This document shows positions 10,843-23,908 of a stretch of DNA of 48,661 bases, piece by piece. Position 1 is the stretch's first letter. The number at the start of each line of letters is the position of its first letter. The notes under the pieces were generated by a model. That model was not told where the DNA came from and ran no database searches. It saw only the letters and a program-made list of their open reading frames with translations. Both the position numbers and the translations under genes were made by a program. The stretch is taken from the NCBI RefSeq assembly GCF_001194135.2, contig NC_068983.1, forward strand, positions 15,796,359 through 15,845,019, in the 5' to 3' direction. This DNA is from Octopus bimaculoides (lineage: Eukaryota).

Positions 10843-13800
10843 GTAATGTTCTTTAAGGTGGCAGGTTCCAATCCGAGGGAGATTTTGTTTGCTGATTCTC
10901 GCTGGTCGAACGGTCGCGTAGATTCATTCACCTGCCGTTGTTCGTTCATGAAACAGAAAGTGGAAATATTTGTGACAGATAATATAGCGATCAGTTGATT
11001 TTTAAATTTAGTCTCTGATTGGGATATAACCCAATCAGTAGACTGTAAGGAGCCACCATAAACCAGGGTAATTAAAAGACGACGACAAAAACCTGGCATT
11101 GGCACACCGTTGGTGACGACGACGAGGGTTCCCGTTGATCCGATCAACGGAACAGCCTGCTCGTGAAATTAACGGGCAAATGGTTGAGCACTCCACAGAC
11201 ACGTGTACCCTTAACGTTGTTTTCAGGGTGATTCAGGGTGAGATAGAGTGTGACAAGGCTGGCCCTTTGAAATACAGGTACAACTCATTTTTACGAGCTG
11301 AGTGGACTGGAGCAAGGTGAAATAAAATGTCTTACTCAAGGAAACAATACGTCGCCGGAAATTGAACTCACAACCTTACGATCGTGAGTCGAATATTCTA
11401 GCCATGAAGCTCATGCCTTCACAACAACAAAAACCGAATATTTCTATATTTAGGATACGTATCTGTGTTCCTCGGTCACTGTGTCCCCCAGTCCCTATGG
11501 AAGCACAATTGTGGCAGCCAATTAAGAAATTGGGTGGATGAAATGAGACACACCATCAGTGATGTAATCTTCAGTCATCGGGTGTTTCAGATTTCAATAT
11601 TAGACATACCCAAGGCGGTGAGCTGAGACGTCGGGTAAAATGCTTAGCAGTATTTCGTCTGTTTTTACGTTGTGAATTCAATTTCCACTGAGGTCGACTT
11701 TGCCGTTCACCCTTCGGGGTCGATAAAATAAATACCGGTTGGACATTGGGGTCAATGTAATTTCCCCTGAAATTGCTGGCCTTGTGCCAACATTTGAAAT
11801 CGATATTAGACATCCTCGCCCAGGCGACTCAGCTGCAGTTGATCGGTCTCCGACTTATGTCTCAGTAGTAACAATTCATGGATCAGTCCCCAAAATCCAA
11901 AGTTGCCTGGTGGCTTTTTTCAGTTGCTTCACTTACAGATTGAACTTGGCTCCCCTTGCCACTTTCATAAAGCCTAATCGGCTTACGACTTTGCAGAACG
12001 AGCGTTCTGTGAAACCTCTGCAGCCCATCCCTGTGGATTCGTAATATTTTTTTCCATCCTTTTTCCTGATTAGCAATGTGAAAAACAAGACTTTTTTGAC
12101 AAGACATCTTTAATATAATTCAAGATTCTCGCAGTCAGCTAACTTTTGAAAAATTCGTAAATATACCATCCTTAAGGGAACAAGGCTTCGGAAATATTAG
12201 TTGAACCTCCAAAGACTAGATTCACTTCCTAATGTAACTTACATAATTTTAGGCATTTTTGATTTCGGAGTTATCCACCTTGCCTTTTTTGACAAGAACT
12301 CTCATTAAAGCTATTATCTCTTTTTTTACAAATATAGTTTAGGCTGAACATTTTTCAGCTCACTCTGATTCACTTAGCTATATTTCTATAATTCATTGAT
12401 GACACTATTTTATTTTTTATTTTATGCTTGTTTTGCAGTTTGAATATCAGTAGAATCAAAGAAAGACAAGGCAGTCAGGTGGAAACAATCCTACATATTC
12501 CTCTTGCTGAGTTACAACTGAAGTTATCATTAAAACATCCAGAACAAATATTACATAAAAATGCAAAGATCGTGGTTTCAAATGGCAAGGAAGAGCAACA
12601 CTTTATAGTGGAACCAAGCCACTGTTATCTGGTCGGTCATATCGATGGCTATAGCGGCAGTGCGTCATTGTCTTACTGTGACGGTTTGGTAAGATCCGTT
12701 GTCTCACTAATACTAATTTATTAAACTTGTGATGAAGCCTCAACTTGTTAGAAGTAGCAACCAAATCTATCTCAAATTACAGCCTGATGTCTTAAATAAG
12801 GAAAGATATATTAAGGACACGTACACACATATTAAATATAATATAGATTCCGAACAAAGACGTGGTGGTCATGGCTGGAATATTTTTGACTATAGGTCTG
12901 TTTAATCAAGGCTGACTAGAGGCTGTCCTTTGTGTCCGATGATGACCATGTTATCTTTTTTCTTTCTATTTTTTACTTGTTTCAGTCATGTGTGTGCGTG
13001 TGTGTGCGTGTGTGTCTGTGTGCGTGCGTGCGTGCATTTGTGTGACTAATTCGATTTTAACACTCGAACTCGAAGTAGATAAAGCTATAAGTAATAACTT
13101 GTAAATATTGAGTTAAAAACCCCTTTGGATAGAAAAAATTGAACACCACCTAGAAGGGTTTTAGTCGAACCAATCGACTCCAGTACTTAAGTTTTACTCA
13201 AGTCTGGCACGTATTCTATCGGACTCGTTTTTTCTGAACTGCTAGGCTACAGGATGTAAACAAACCAACACCGATTATCAAGCAGTGGTAGGGGATAAGC
13301 ACACACAAACATACACACATATGCATCGGGCTCCCACACAGCTTCTGCATGCCAAATATCACTCACAAGGCATTACAGTAGAAGACATGTACCCAAGGTG
13401 CCGCACCGTAGGACCGAACCTGACAACACGACCATTATAGATCTGCCGATAGTCTAGACATCTTATATACTAGGTGGCGGTTTTATGATAAATGAATGAG
13501 GTTAATGAGTGAATTTAATGTTTAGTTTGGCACTGAGAAGTAGCAACAGTTGATGCGACAAACGTATGCGATTATTGATATATGCGGGTAGATTTTAGTA
13601 AAAGAATAAAGGGTAAAGATCCCCATTGGTCATGAATGACCATGGGATTGCACCTAGAAAGTTCCCCTCCCAGGCAAAAGTTCGAGCAAGGTTGTTTGTG
13701 AAAGACCAATAGACGCTCATGCACGCTACCGATGTTACACAAGAGGAAGGCAAAGGCTGACACAGCTTGGCGCCAGTGATGTTGCAACTTATTTCTACAG

Positions 13801-14545
13801 CTGAGTGAACTGGAGCAACGTGAAATAAAGTATTTTTCTCAGGAACACAACACACAGCCCGGTCTGCGAATCGAACTCATTACCTCACGATTGTGCGCAC
13901 CCGAGGCTCGAACCACAGAGCCATGCGTATGTATATTCTTTTCTACTCTAGACACAAGGCTTGACATTTTTGTGGAGGGGGCCAGTCAATTAGATCGACC
14001 CCAGTACGCAACTGGTACTTAATTTATCGACCTCCGAAAGATTGGAAGGCAAAGTCGACCTCGGCGGAATTTGAACTCAGAAGGTAAAGACAGACGAAAT
14101 ACCGCTAAGCATTTCACCCGGTGTGCTAACGTTTCTTATTTTTTTTATTGCCCACAAGGAGCTAAACATAGAGGGGATAAACAAGGATAAAGGGATTAAG
14201 TCGATTGTATCGACCCCAGAGCGTAACTGGTACTTAATTTATCGACCCCCGAAAGTATGAAAGGCCAAGTCGACCTCGGCGGAATTTGAACTCGGAACGT
14301 AAAGGCAGACGAAATACCGGTAAGCATTTCGCCCGGCGTGCTAACGTTTCTGCCCGCTCGCCGCCTTCGTACGTCCGTGTATTAAACAAAGTAGATTGTC
14401 ACTTCTATTTTATCGTGGTCATCTTCAGTCTCCCGAACCCCAGCCTCAACTAGAAGTAAATCATCTGAGAGACTATATCTTTACGTTCTATGGTGTGAAT
14501 GTGAGTGAATATGTGAATCTGTGAATGTTAGTGTGTATAGAAGGA

Positions 14546-14618
<73 letters not shown>

Positions 14619-14963
14619 TAAACATATATACGTACATGTATGTGTGTGTGTGAGTGTGTGTGAATAATTTGATTTTAACGCTCGAACTCGAAGTAGATAA
14701 AGCTATAATTCATAGCTTGTAAATACTGAATTAAAGACCCATTTGGATAGAAATGTAGAAATTTGCCTGTGGGATACGAGCCCACATGTTCTGTAAACAT
14801 ATCAGACGGTTTTAGGCTCAATATTTTCATGCTATTACTGTTAAAAACGAATTAGCTCACGTTCTCTCAAAGTTTCTAAATTCTTATGATACACGCACAT
14901 GTATGTATGTATGTATGTATGTATGTATGTATAATATATGTATGTATAATATATACGTGCATG

Positions 14964-15014
<51 letters not shown>

Positions 15015-15284
15015 TCACACACATAAATACAAACTTATTACCAGTTCAAATACGCTTCATGTATATTCGAACCCGTAAGAAAACTATTTCTCGCTGTAGA
15101 CAGATAGGTGTAGACAAATAAAGTCACTCCGTAGCGTTCCCTAACTAGACTGTTAGGTGCATGCATTTCGGTATGGTTATCTTCTCTTCAGCAACAGAAA
15201 CCGGAGGGCAGATGATGCGAACTGACACGAGAGACATCTACACGTGGAAATGTAAGGGGAAAGTAAGAAGAAATATATATATAT

Positions 15285-15320
<36 letters not shown>

Positions 15321-16570
15321 GAATTTGCATTTGTGAACGGGAGAATATAAATGTGTTGGATGAAGAGGAAAGTGTGTTTGTTGGCTCAGAAATGTCTACA
15401 TACAAATGTGCGTGCATGTACACACGCGCGTTATCATCTACTATCACGTGAAGAAACGATAAAAGCAGATATACTAAAGTTATAAATCTGTCTCATCACA
15501 CGGTCAGATTTCGTGAACCTAGATAAACTACTGAAATTTGAAAATATATGGAATATACCTATCTACAATCAGATAATATCATTTTATTATTATCTCATTA
15601 TTTCTCTCCTTCTCTCTCTCTCATTAATTCTCTCCTTCTCTCTCTCTCTCATTAATTCTCTCCTTCTCTCTCTCTCATTAATTCTCTCCTTCTCTCTCTC
15701 TCATTAATTCTCTCCTTCTTTTTCTTCTTTGTCTACTTCTCACTCCTCCACCGCAAAAGAAATGTGTTTGAAAATCATATGGTTTTTCCATGGGATTAAC
15801 TCTTACTATACAGAACCTTTGGCAATATTTTCTACGAAAGCTTTCTAAGTGAAATAACATAGACAGAAATTGTGGAAATTTGTCAGATGAAACTCTTGTC
15901 ATAATACTTGGTCACTTACTCATTACTTAATCATTTAGAATTTAAACTGACCAAATCCAGCCTAAATATTCTCCTGTTTTATAGCCAGATCCAACCTTTC
16001 ATTGACTTTCTAAAAATAGAAATCTTAGAGCTACGATATTATGCACCATGGAAATCTCAGAGCTATGAGATTGTGCATCATGGAAATCTCAGAGCTACGA
16101 GATTATGCATCACAGAAATCTCAGAACCACGAGTTTATGCATGATTAATTCAAAGCAATTTGAATAATAAGCGTAATATTTGAAAGAGTAATCTGAATGT
16201 AAAAGGGTTAAGGCATTGAATTACCAGGTCGTCCGAGTATTGCGTAGAATGCTTTGCAGTATTATTTCACATCTCTCTGCTCTGAGTTCAAATCCTACCG
16301 AAACCAAATTTGTCTTTCATCTTTTTGGGCTCGATAAAAAATCGTATCAAGAGCGGTGGATTGGTGGAACTGTTAAAGAATCGGGGAAGATGCTTTGTAA
16401 TATGTGTTCCGACTCTTTGCTTTCTGATAGCAACGCCTGAGATAAAGGTCAGTGTTGCGGAAAGAGAGACTGACATTCATGGGAAACTGTCAGTTTTCCA
16501 ACAACAAAAATCTAACCTCGGTTTACTCATACATGTGCACATGCACAATCAGCCTTTACTGAAGGAGGCC

Positions 16571-16608
<38 letters not shown>

Positions 16609-16618
16609 NNNNNNNNNN

Positions 16619-16657
<39 letters not shown>

Positions 16658-17757
16658 GCATACATACACCCACATACAAACTCACACACACGTATATAAT
16701 ATATCTGTGTGTGTGTGTGATTAGTTGCATCTAAAAGATACGTGGTCATTCACCATTTGTGAATGTAGATTTGACCTGGTGGAATTCATGTTATCAAACT
16801 TGTTCAACCATCATTGGGTGTTTCGACGCTGAACCGTAACTCACTCCCGTATATACAAGCAACCAAAGTAAAATTTGTGAGCAAATTCCGTTAGTGATTA
16901 ACTGGCACCGAAATTTCGCTGGTATTTCAAAAGTGTTGCATGAAAGTTGCCAGCATATTTCAGAAAAATAACCTCGTTTCAATCAAGTATTTCTGCATCC
17001 GCTATTGCAGCTTTTAGACGCAATAAAAATGTAAGAGCTTTTCCCCCTTTTTATTTTTCTATTCTTTTCTTCTTTTCTATCTCTTCCTTTTTTTCTTTTT
17101 ATCCTCTATTAGTCTTCTCTGTTTCTCTTTCACTATTCCCCTCTTTCTTTTTCCTCTTCTCAACCGATTGCTCTCCTGTTTCTCTTTCCTAATAATTATA
17201 CAATGTCTTATCATCTATCCATCTCTTGACGTTAGTTCTCTGTAACTAAATGCAGTAAAGTGTTTCCTGACGATCCTAATGCATTTGGAACACCCATTGA
17301 AGAGTTCCAAACAACCAAAATCGTGAAACGTACGTAGGAACTAATAATATACACTTGTGTTTATATCTTAATTTCTTATACATACATAAATACATGTATA
17401 CATACTTATTTAATATATATATTTCATTTTTCTTTCTTTTTTCTCTCTCTTTTTCCTCCCTCTCTACCTTCATTTTTTTCGTTTATTCCAATCCCTCGAA
17501 CGAGTTCACAACAAATCACAATGAATATATACTTTGTAATAGCTTCTGCTATTCACTCTCCCAGCAGTAATCTAGATAGGAGGGTCAGTTTGCACCATGT
17601 TCTATTTTCGGGAAGAATCCTAAGTATTAAATTTTACTCAATTCACCTAAAGAAAACGGTTATTTTGCTTGATGTAACCCTTTTGTTCATCAATAAAGTA
17701 CACGTCTGAAACAGCTGTAGTGAACCTCAACCCATCTGTGTTATTATTTATATATAT

Positions 17758-17850
<93 letters not shown>

Positions 17851-20800
17851 TAATGATTACAACTAGGATACTCATAATCGAAACCAACAGAGGAACCACC
17901 AATATATATTACATCTCTGAATATATTTTTGATTAAGAAAAAGTCACTTTGATATTCTAGCTTTCATACTTGCTGTGATTAAAAAAAAAAGATATTCGTT
18001 TATATTTCATCTAGAGAGGATCAGTGGTGCTTGGTAATACTGAATACAGTTTGGAACCAGTGGATGATGGGGCAAGGCATATTGTTGGTCAACATCGAAA
18101 CCAAGACAAGCATTCATTTGTGGATAAAGGTAATTACAATAGAAACAACAACAACAGCAATAATAATGGTTTCGAAATTTGGCACAAAGCCAGCAATTTC
18201 GGGGGGAAGAGTAAGTTGATTACATTGACCCCGGTTTATTGATCGCGAGAGGATGAAATGCAAAGACCTCGGCAAAATTTGAACCCAGAACGTAAAGACG
18301 GACGAAATGCCGCTAAGCATTTTGTCCGGCTTGCTAACAATTCTACCAGCTCACCATCTTACCGCCCTTACATACTGGTTTCAAATTTTGGAAAAAGGCC
18401 AGCAATTCTGAGGGAGGAGTAAGTCGATTACATCGACCACAGTGCTCGGCTGGTATTTATTTTATCGATCCCGAAAGGATTACCGATCCCGAAAGTCGGT
18501 CTCGGTAGAATTTAGACTTAGAAAGTAAAGATGGACGAAATGCCGCAAGGTATTTTGTCTGGCGTGCTAAGGATTCTACCTGCTCACTGCGCCACTGCCC
18601 TTACATATTAATAAACAACTAGCTGAACTCGTGAAAAAAAATTCACGGATAATTTAAATGAATAGTTATCATTTAATCAAAATTGTTTAATTTGCACTAT
18701 TTTGGTTAATGAAAAATTCTGTTATCCTTTATGTTATACTTATTAATAATATAAATATATATTAAGTTATTGTGTGAAAGTATATGTTAAATACATCTGT
18801 TACAGCACTTCCCTATATACAATGTTTCTGCGACCATGAGTGGATTCATTTTCAGGTAGCACTTTAACTCTCACACTGTTCATCGTCCTTGCTCTTGAAA
18901 AAGCTACGTAAAGCTAACTGTGAGTGAAAAATGGCTGTGGCAAGTGTATGCCATCACTAACTGAATGTTTGCCCCTATGCTTTATTGATTGTCGTAGAAC
19001 AGGACAGACGAATCGGGAACTGGGTCCAATGCAGAACGAATGGAATGCTTGCATCGCTTGGAGTAAATTTGATTCTTGGAATCAGTCCTCTCGTGTGAGA
19101 ATGAGATCCACTTATAATTGACGCTTCGATGCTATGCTCGTGGAGCTGAAGTACTTCCAAGCGAGTTCTGTTGCATAGACCTTGTGTTATAGAGAGGTTT
19201 CTAAGAAGCATAATAATTGCTCCAACTTTTAAGTTAAGGCGATGTGGAGGTATTCCAGAAAGTATAAAAGATTTTATAAACACCATGGGATAATTCTGGG
19301 CTTCTTCTTCATTATCAGAAGTTACTGAATCGGCGCTTAGATATGTCTGAGTTTCAGTGAGCAATCTACATAGCATTTCTTCATTTACTGCTAAGCAGTC
19401 AGAATTTTTAGGGGATTTGATCACTCTATTTTTCATTTCTTCTGCTGTACAATTGTCAAATGTATCAGATACCAAAGAATTGTTACATATGCATGCCTCA
19501 GGAATATCAATAGTATCTTCTGCGAGATTAACAAGAGAGCTTTGAAGAAATCCACTTCCAAGTTGTAGTAGCCATCTCGAAAATTCTTGTTCATTTGCAT
19601 TTGTTCTCATGTTTTGCGTAAGTTGCATTTGATGAAAATTATCCCACATAGAGGAGCGTTTGAGGCAGGCATCAAGAAGAGCTGCAGGAGGAGCTCTAAG
19701 AAAAACTGGAAGAACTCGTCTAAAGTCTCCTCCTAGTACGATAATTTCCCCACCAAATATTCTATTACTATTTATAATACCTCTTCAACAATTATCTACA
19801 GCTTTCAAAGCATAAACTGGTGTCATTGAAGCTTCGTCAATAATGAAGACTTTTACTCGCCTAAGAATGCTTCCTTGATCAGAATTTGGTGGAACATTGC
19901 ACACACTTGTTTCATTCAAAGGAACTGGAAGCTTGAATGTACTGTGAAGAGTTTTATCACCTTTCAAGAGTGTTGCAGCAACGCCAGTCCAGAAGCCAAG
20001 AGAAATAACTTGATCAGGGTTGCCTTTAGGTTAAATGACAAACAACCAAACAACTCGAAATCTTAACTTGTAGTGTTGCCCTCAAATCTCATGAATAACG
20101 CTAAGAGCAAAAGCACCCCTGAGCCTCCTTTCAGTATTACTCCGTTCATTAGAGTGTCACGTGACGTCCTCGATAATACATTTCCCCAAGTCCCTAAGTG
20201 GAGGCACATGGCCTAGAGGTTACAGCAGCGAACTCGCGGTCGAGGGATCGCAGGTTCGAATCTCAGACCGGGCGATGTGTGTGTTTATGAGCGAAACACC
20301 TAAGCTCCACGCGGCTCCGGCAGAAGGTAATGGCGAACTTCTGCTGGCTCTTTCACCACAAATTTCCCTCGCTCTTTCCTTCCGCATCTAGCAGCTCACC
20401 TGTGACGGACCCATATCCCGTCCAGGTGGGGAACCTATACGCCAATGAAACCGGGAAACCGGCCCTTATGAGCCAGGCATGACTCGAGAAGGAACAAACA
20501 ATAACACTCAAGTCCTTATTACTCTCAGTCTCTGTCTGTCTGTCTCTTTCTCTGTCTGTCTGTCTCTTTCTCTCTCTATCAGTCTCCCTTTCTCTCTCTC
20601 TCTATTTCTCTTTCTCTCTCTCTTTCTCTTTCTCCCACTCTCTCACCCCTCTCTCTGTATGTATATATATATATATATACTTTATTTAAAAGCAGCAGAA
20701 ATATAACAAAAGACTGTTACTCGGAGTTTCACGCTCCCGTTCATCGGACAGTTTTGTTAGAAATGGGAAAGGAATAACAATGCAATCAAAAGTAATATAA

Positions 20801-21198
20801 AATTTAAAATTTGAAACACATGGATCTGTTTGATTGGTCGTTTCAAATAACGGTCATGGATGCGTAATGAACAAAACAAATGAATTTAATATAGATTCAT
20901 CCTATTTTTAAAAGCAATCGAAGAAAACCTTAAATAGAAAAATGGGCTCAAAATACATATAATTAATTATATTCGAATTAACACATTAACACATTTTTCC
21001 ACCTTGTTGCACATTTTATGTGCTTACACCGGTATATATNNNNNNNNNNNNNNNNNNNNNNNNNNNNNNNNNNNNNNNNNNNNNNNNNNNNNNNNNNNNN
21101 NNNNNNNNNNNNNNNNNNNNNNNNNNNNNNNNNNNNNNNNNNNNNNNNNNNNNNNNNNNNNNNNNNNNNNNNNNNNNNNNNNNNNNNNNNNNNNNNNN

Positions 21199-21242
<44 letters not shown>

Positions 21243-21434
21243 TTACACGCGTACAAGGGAGTGCTGAAAAGTTCCTGGCTTTAAGGGTATTGCTAAAGGC
21301 CTGATTAGAGGCCCAACCTTTCAAGTTCTTTTACAGGGCTTAGAAAAACTGAAGGACCGCTGCAATAAGTGTAAATTAACGAATCCTCCTGCATTTCCTT
21401 TTACCCTAAGCCAGGAACTTTTCAGCACCATCTC

Positions 21435-21465
<31 letters not shown>

Positions 21466-21484
21466 GATATACCTACACACATAC

Positions 21485-21517
<33 letters not shown>

Positions 21518-23089
21518 TAATATCTGTTTCTCACTGTGTCATTATTGTTGTTTTTGTTTCACAGTTAACGAAGACGATGTTTTTGAAGATGACAAACGTG
21601 TGGTGACTGTTGAGATGGCGTTGTACAACGATGCAGACATGACCAAGTTGATGGAGGCAAGGGGACATGACACCCTTCAGAAGAAAATCGATTACATCGT
21701 ATCAAAGTTTAATGGGGTAATTCGTTTCTTTATCTCTGCATCCCAAATCGCTCTCTAAATCCACCCCTCTCTAGCATTCGCTCACTCCCCCGCACACGAA
21801 GATACACACACACACACATGCAAGCACGCACGCGCACGCACGCGCACGCACGCACGCACGCACCTATCCGATTCTTCTTCATCACCATTTAGTGCTGAGA
21901 TTCTCAACTGGGCTCCATCTGGCTTCTAAGGCTCTATACAAGATTTTTGGAGATCCACGGAACAAAATAGTAAATTGGGGATCCACTATAGTATTTTAAG
22001 GGCTCCTAGAAAGAATTTGTTTTTAATGTATGTATTGGTATGTATTGCAAGAAACAGCGAGGTTTCTTTCTCTACCATTTTACATAGTTCTCTAACATTT
22101 TGCATAGGCGCAGGAGTGGCTGTGTGGTAAGTAGCTCGCTTACCAACCACATGGTTCTGGGTTCAGTCCCACTGCGTGGCACCTTGGGCAAGTGTCTTCT
22201 ACTATAGCCTCGGGCCGACCAAAGCCTTGTGAGTGGATTTGGTAGACGGAAACTGAAAGAAGCCCGTCGTATATATGTATACATATATATATATATATAT
22301 GTGTGTGTGTGTATGTGTTTGTGTGTCTGTGTTTGTCCCCCCAACATCGCTTGACAACCGATGGTGGTGTGTTTACGTCCCCGTAGCTTAGCAGTTCGGC
22401 AAAGAGACCGATAGAATAAGTACTAGGTTTCCAAAGAATAAGTCCTGGGGTCGATTTGCTCGACTAAAGGCGGTGCTCCAGCATGGCCGCAGTCAAATGA
22501 CTGAAACAAGTAAAAGAGTAAAAGTGAGAAGAGAGAGAGAGTTCAACCTACGCAAGTTATTGTGTATAAAACAAAATAGGAATTCCGAAAGAAGTTTCTT
22601 TAAAACTAGTTTTTAAACATCGAATGGCTATGGGGGTCTTCTAGAATATAATAGTAATTAAAGGGGTCCATAGATAAAAGAAAAATGGTTGAGAACCCCT
22701 GATCTAGAGGGATTCTAGCCCAAACTACTGATGATTGGCTCTTTTTATGTTACGTCATATACCGATGCTCTATTGCCGCCAAGAACTCCGACAATTGCGA
22801 TACTATTACCTTCCACATCAAATAGGCTCCAAACAAGCTGTCACGGGAGCTTCTACATGGTCGTTTGACTGCGAGAAATAAGAGTTGAATCTCTCAATTT
22901 TACACCCTAAACACGTTAGGTCATGTAGTCCACGATACACAATGCCTGAGACAAGGAAAAAGACAAAACGGGATGTTCCCGAAGTGTTTTGCCTTTTTAT
23001 AATCGGTTTGCCCAGTTAGGTTTTATTTTACCCGTAACCACCATCACCACCACCGCCACCACCACCGACCGCCCTACTACCACCACCAC

Positions 23090-23120
<31 letters not shown>

Positions 23121-23809
23121 AGCAACAACAAAGTCTTACACTAGGTTCATCATGAGAACCGTCTTGTTAAGTCACATGGAGTTCCAATCCTTTTGTTTCT
23201 CTTGGAACTGTTCTTTCGCAGCATGTATAGCAAGGATTCCATTCAACCCATAATCCATTGACTATAACGCTTCAGAGTTGATCATATTACTCTTCGTTTC
23301 TCATAAACTTTCCGTACGCAAGTGTCTTAAGGATGCAGCACAGACGTCTCATTGCCGTCTTGAACTGCTTCAACTATAAACAGAGACTGAAAAATAAAAA
23401 TAAAAAAGACCCATAGAAACAGCACCGCAACGATGAGATGACGACCTAATTTTTACATTAAGGCGCAATAATAATAATCTGCACAATCTTTAAACATCAC
23501 AATTTACCAACATATGAATAACGTATAACTAGACCAACGAGCCACTCTTCTTGCTCTCTCTCTCTCTCTCTCTCTCTCGAAAATCTCTCTCTTTCCCTCT
23601 CGCTCTCTCCTTCCCTCCCCCTTTCTCTCTGTATGTCTTCTCCAGAACCTTCTTCCTTTCAATTTTCCGGTCGTCACCAATGTTCAAGATTTTCCCACCG
23701 ACTTACTAAAAATGTACATTAACAACAGAAGACAACTTTCTGTTTAGAATTGAATCATCTGTTTGACCGAAAAAATTATGACTGATATTAAATGATGGAG
23801 AAATGGAAC

Positions 23810-23908
<99 letters not shown>

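Noticed and set aside
15154-15196. Minus-strand hammerhead relic (CUGAAGA...GAAA ugcaugca CC uaacag)
   Set aside because: U16.1 is C and stem II barely pairs; at best a decayed copy.
17667-17725. Plus-strand hammerhead relic (gttcat caataaa gtacacgtct GAAA cagctg UA gtgaac)
   Set aside because: Stems I and III fit, but the CUGANGA strand needs several changes including a deletion.
23130-23380. Possible LINE RT C-terminal remnant on the minus strand
   Set aside because: Too many stops and no motif I can name with confidence.
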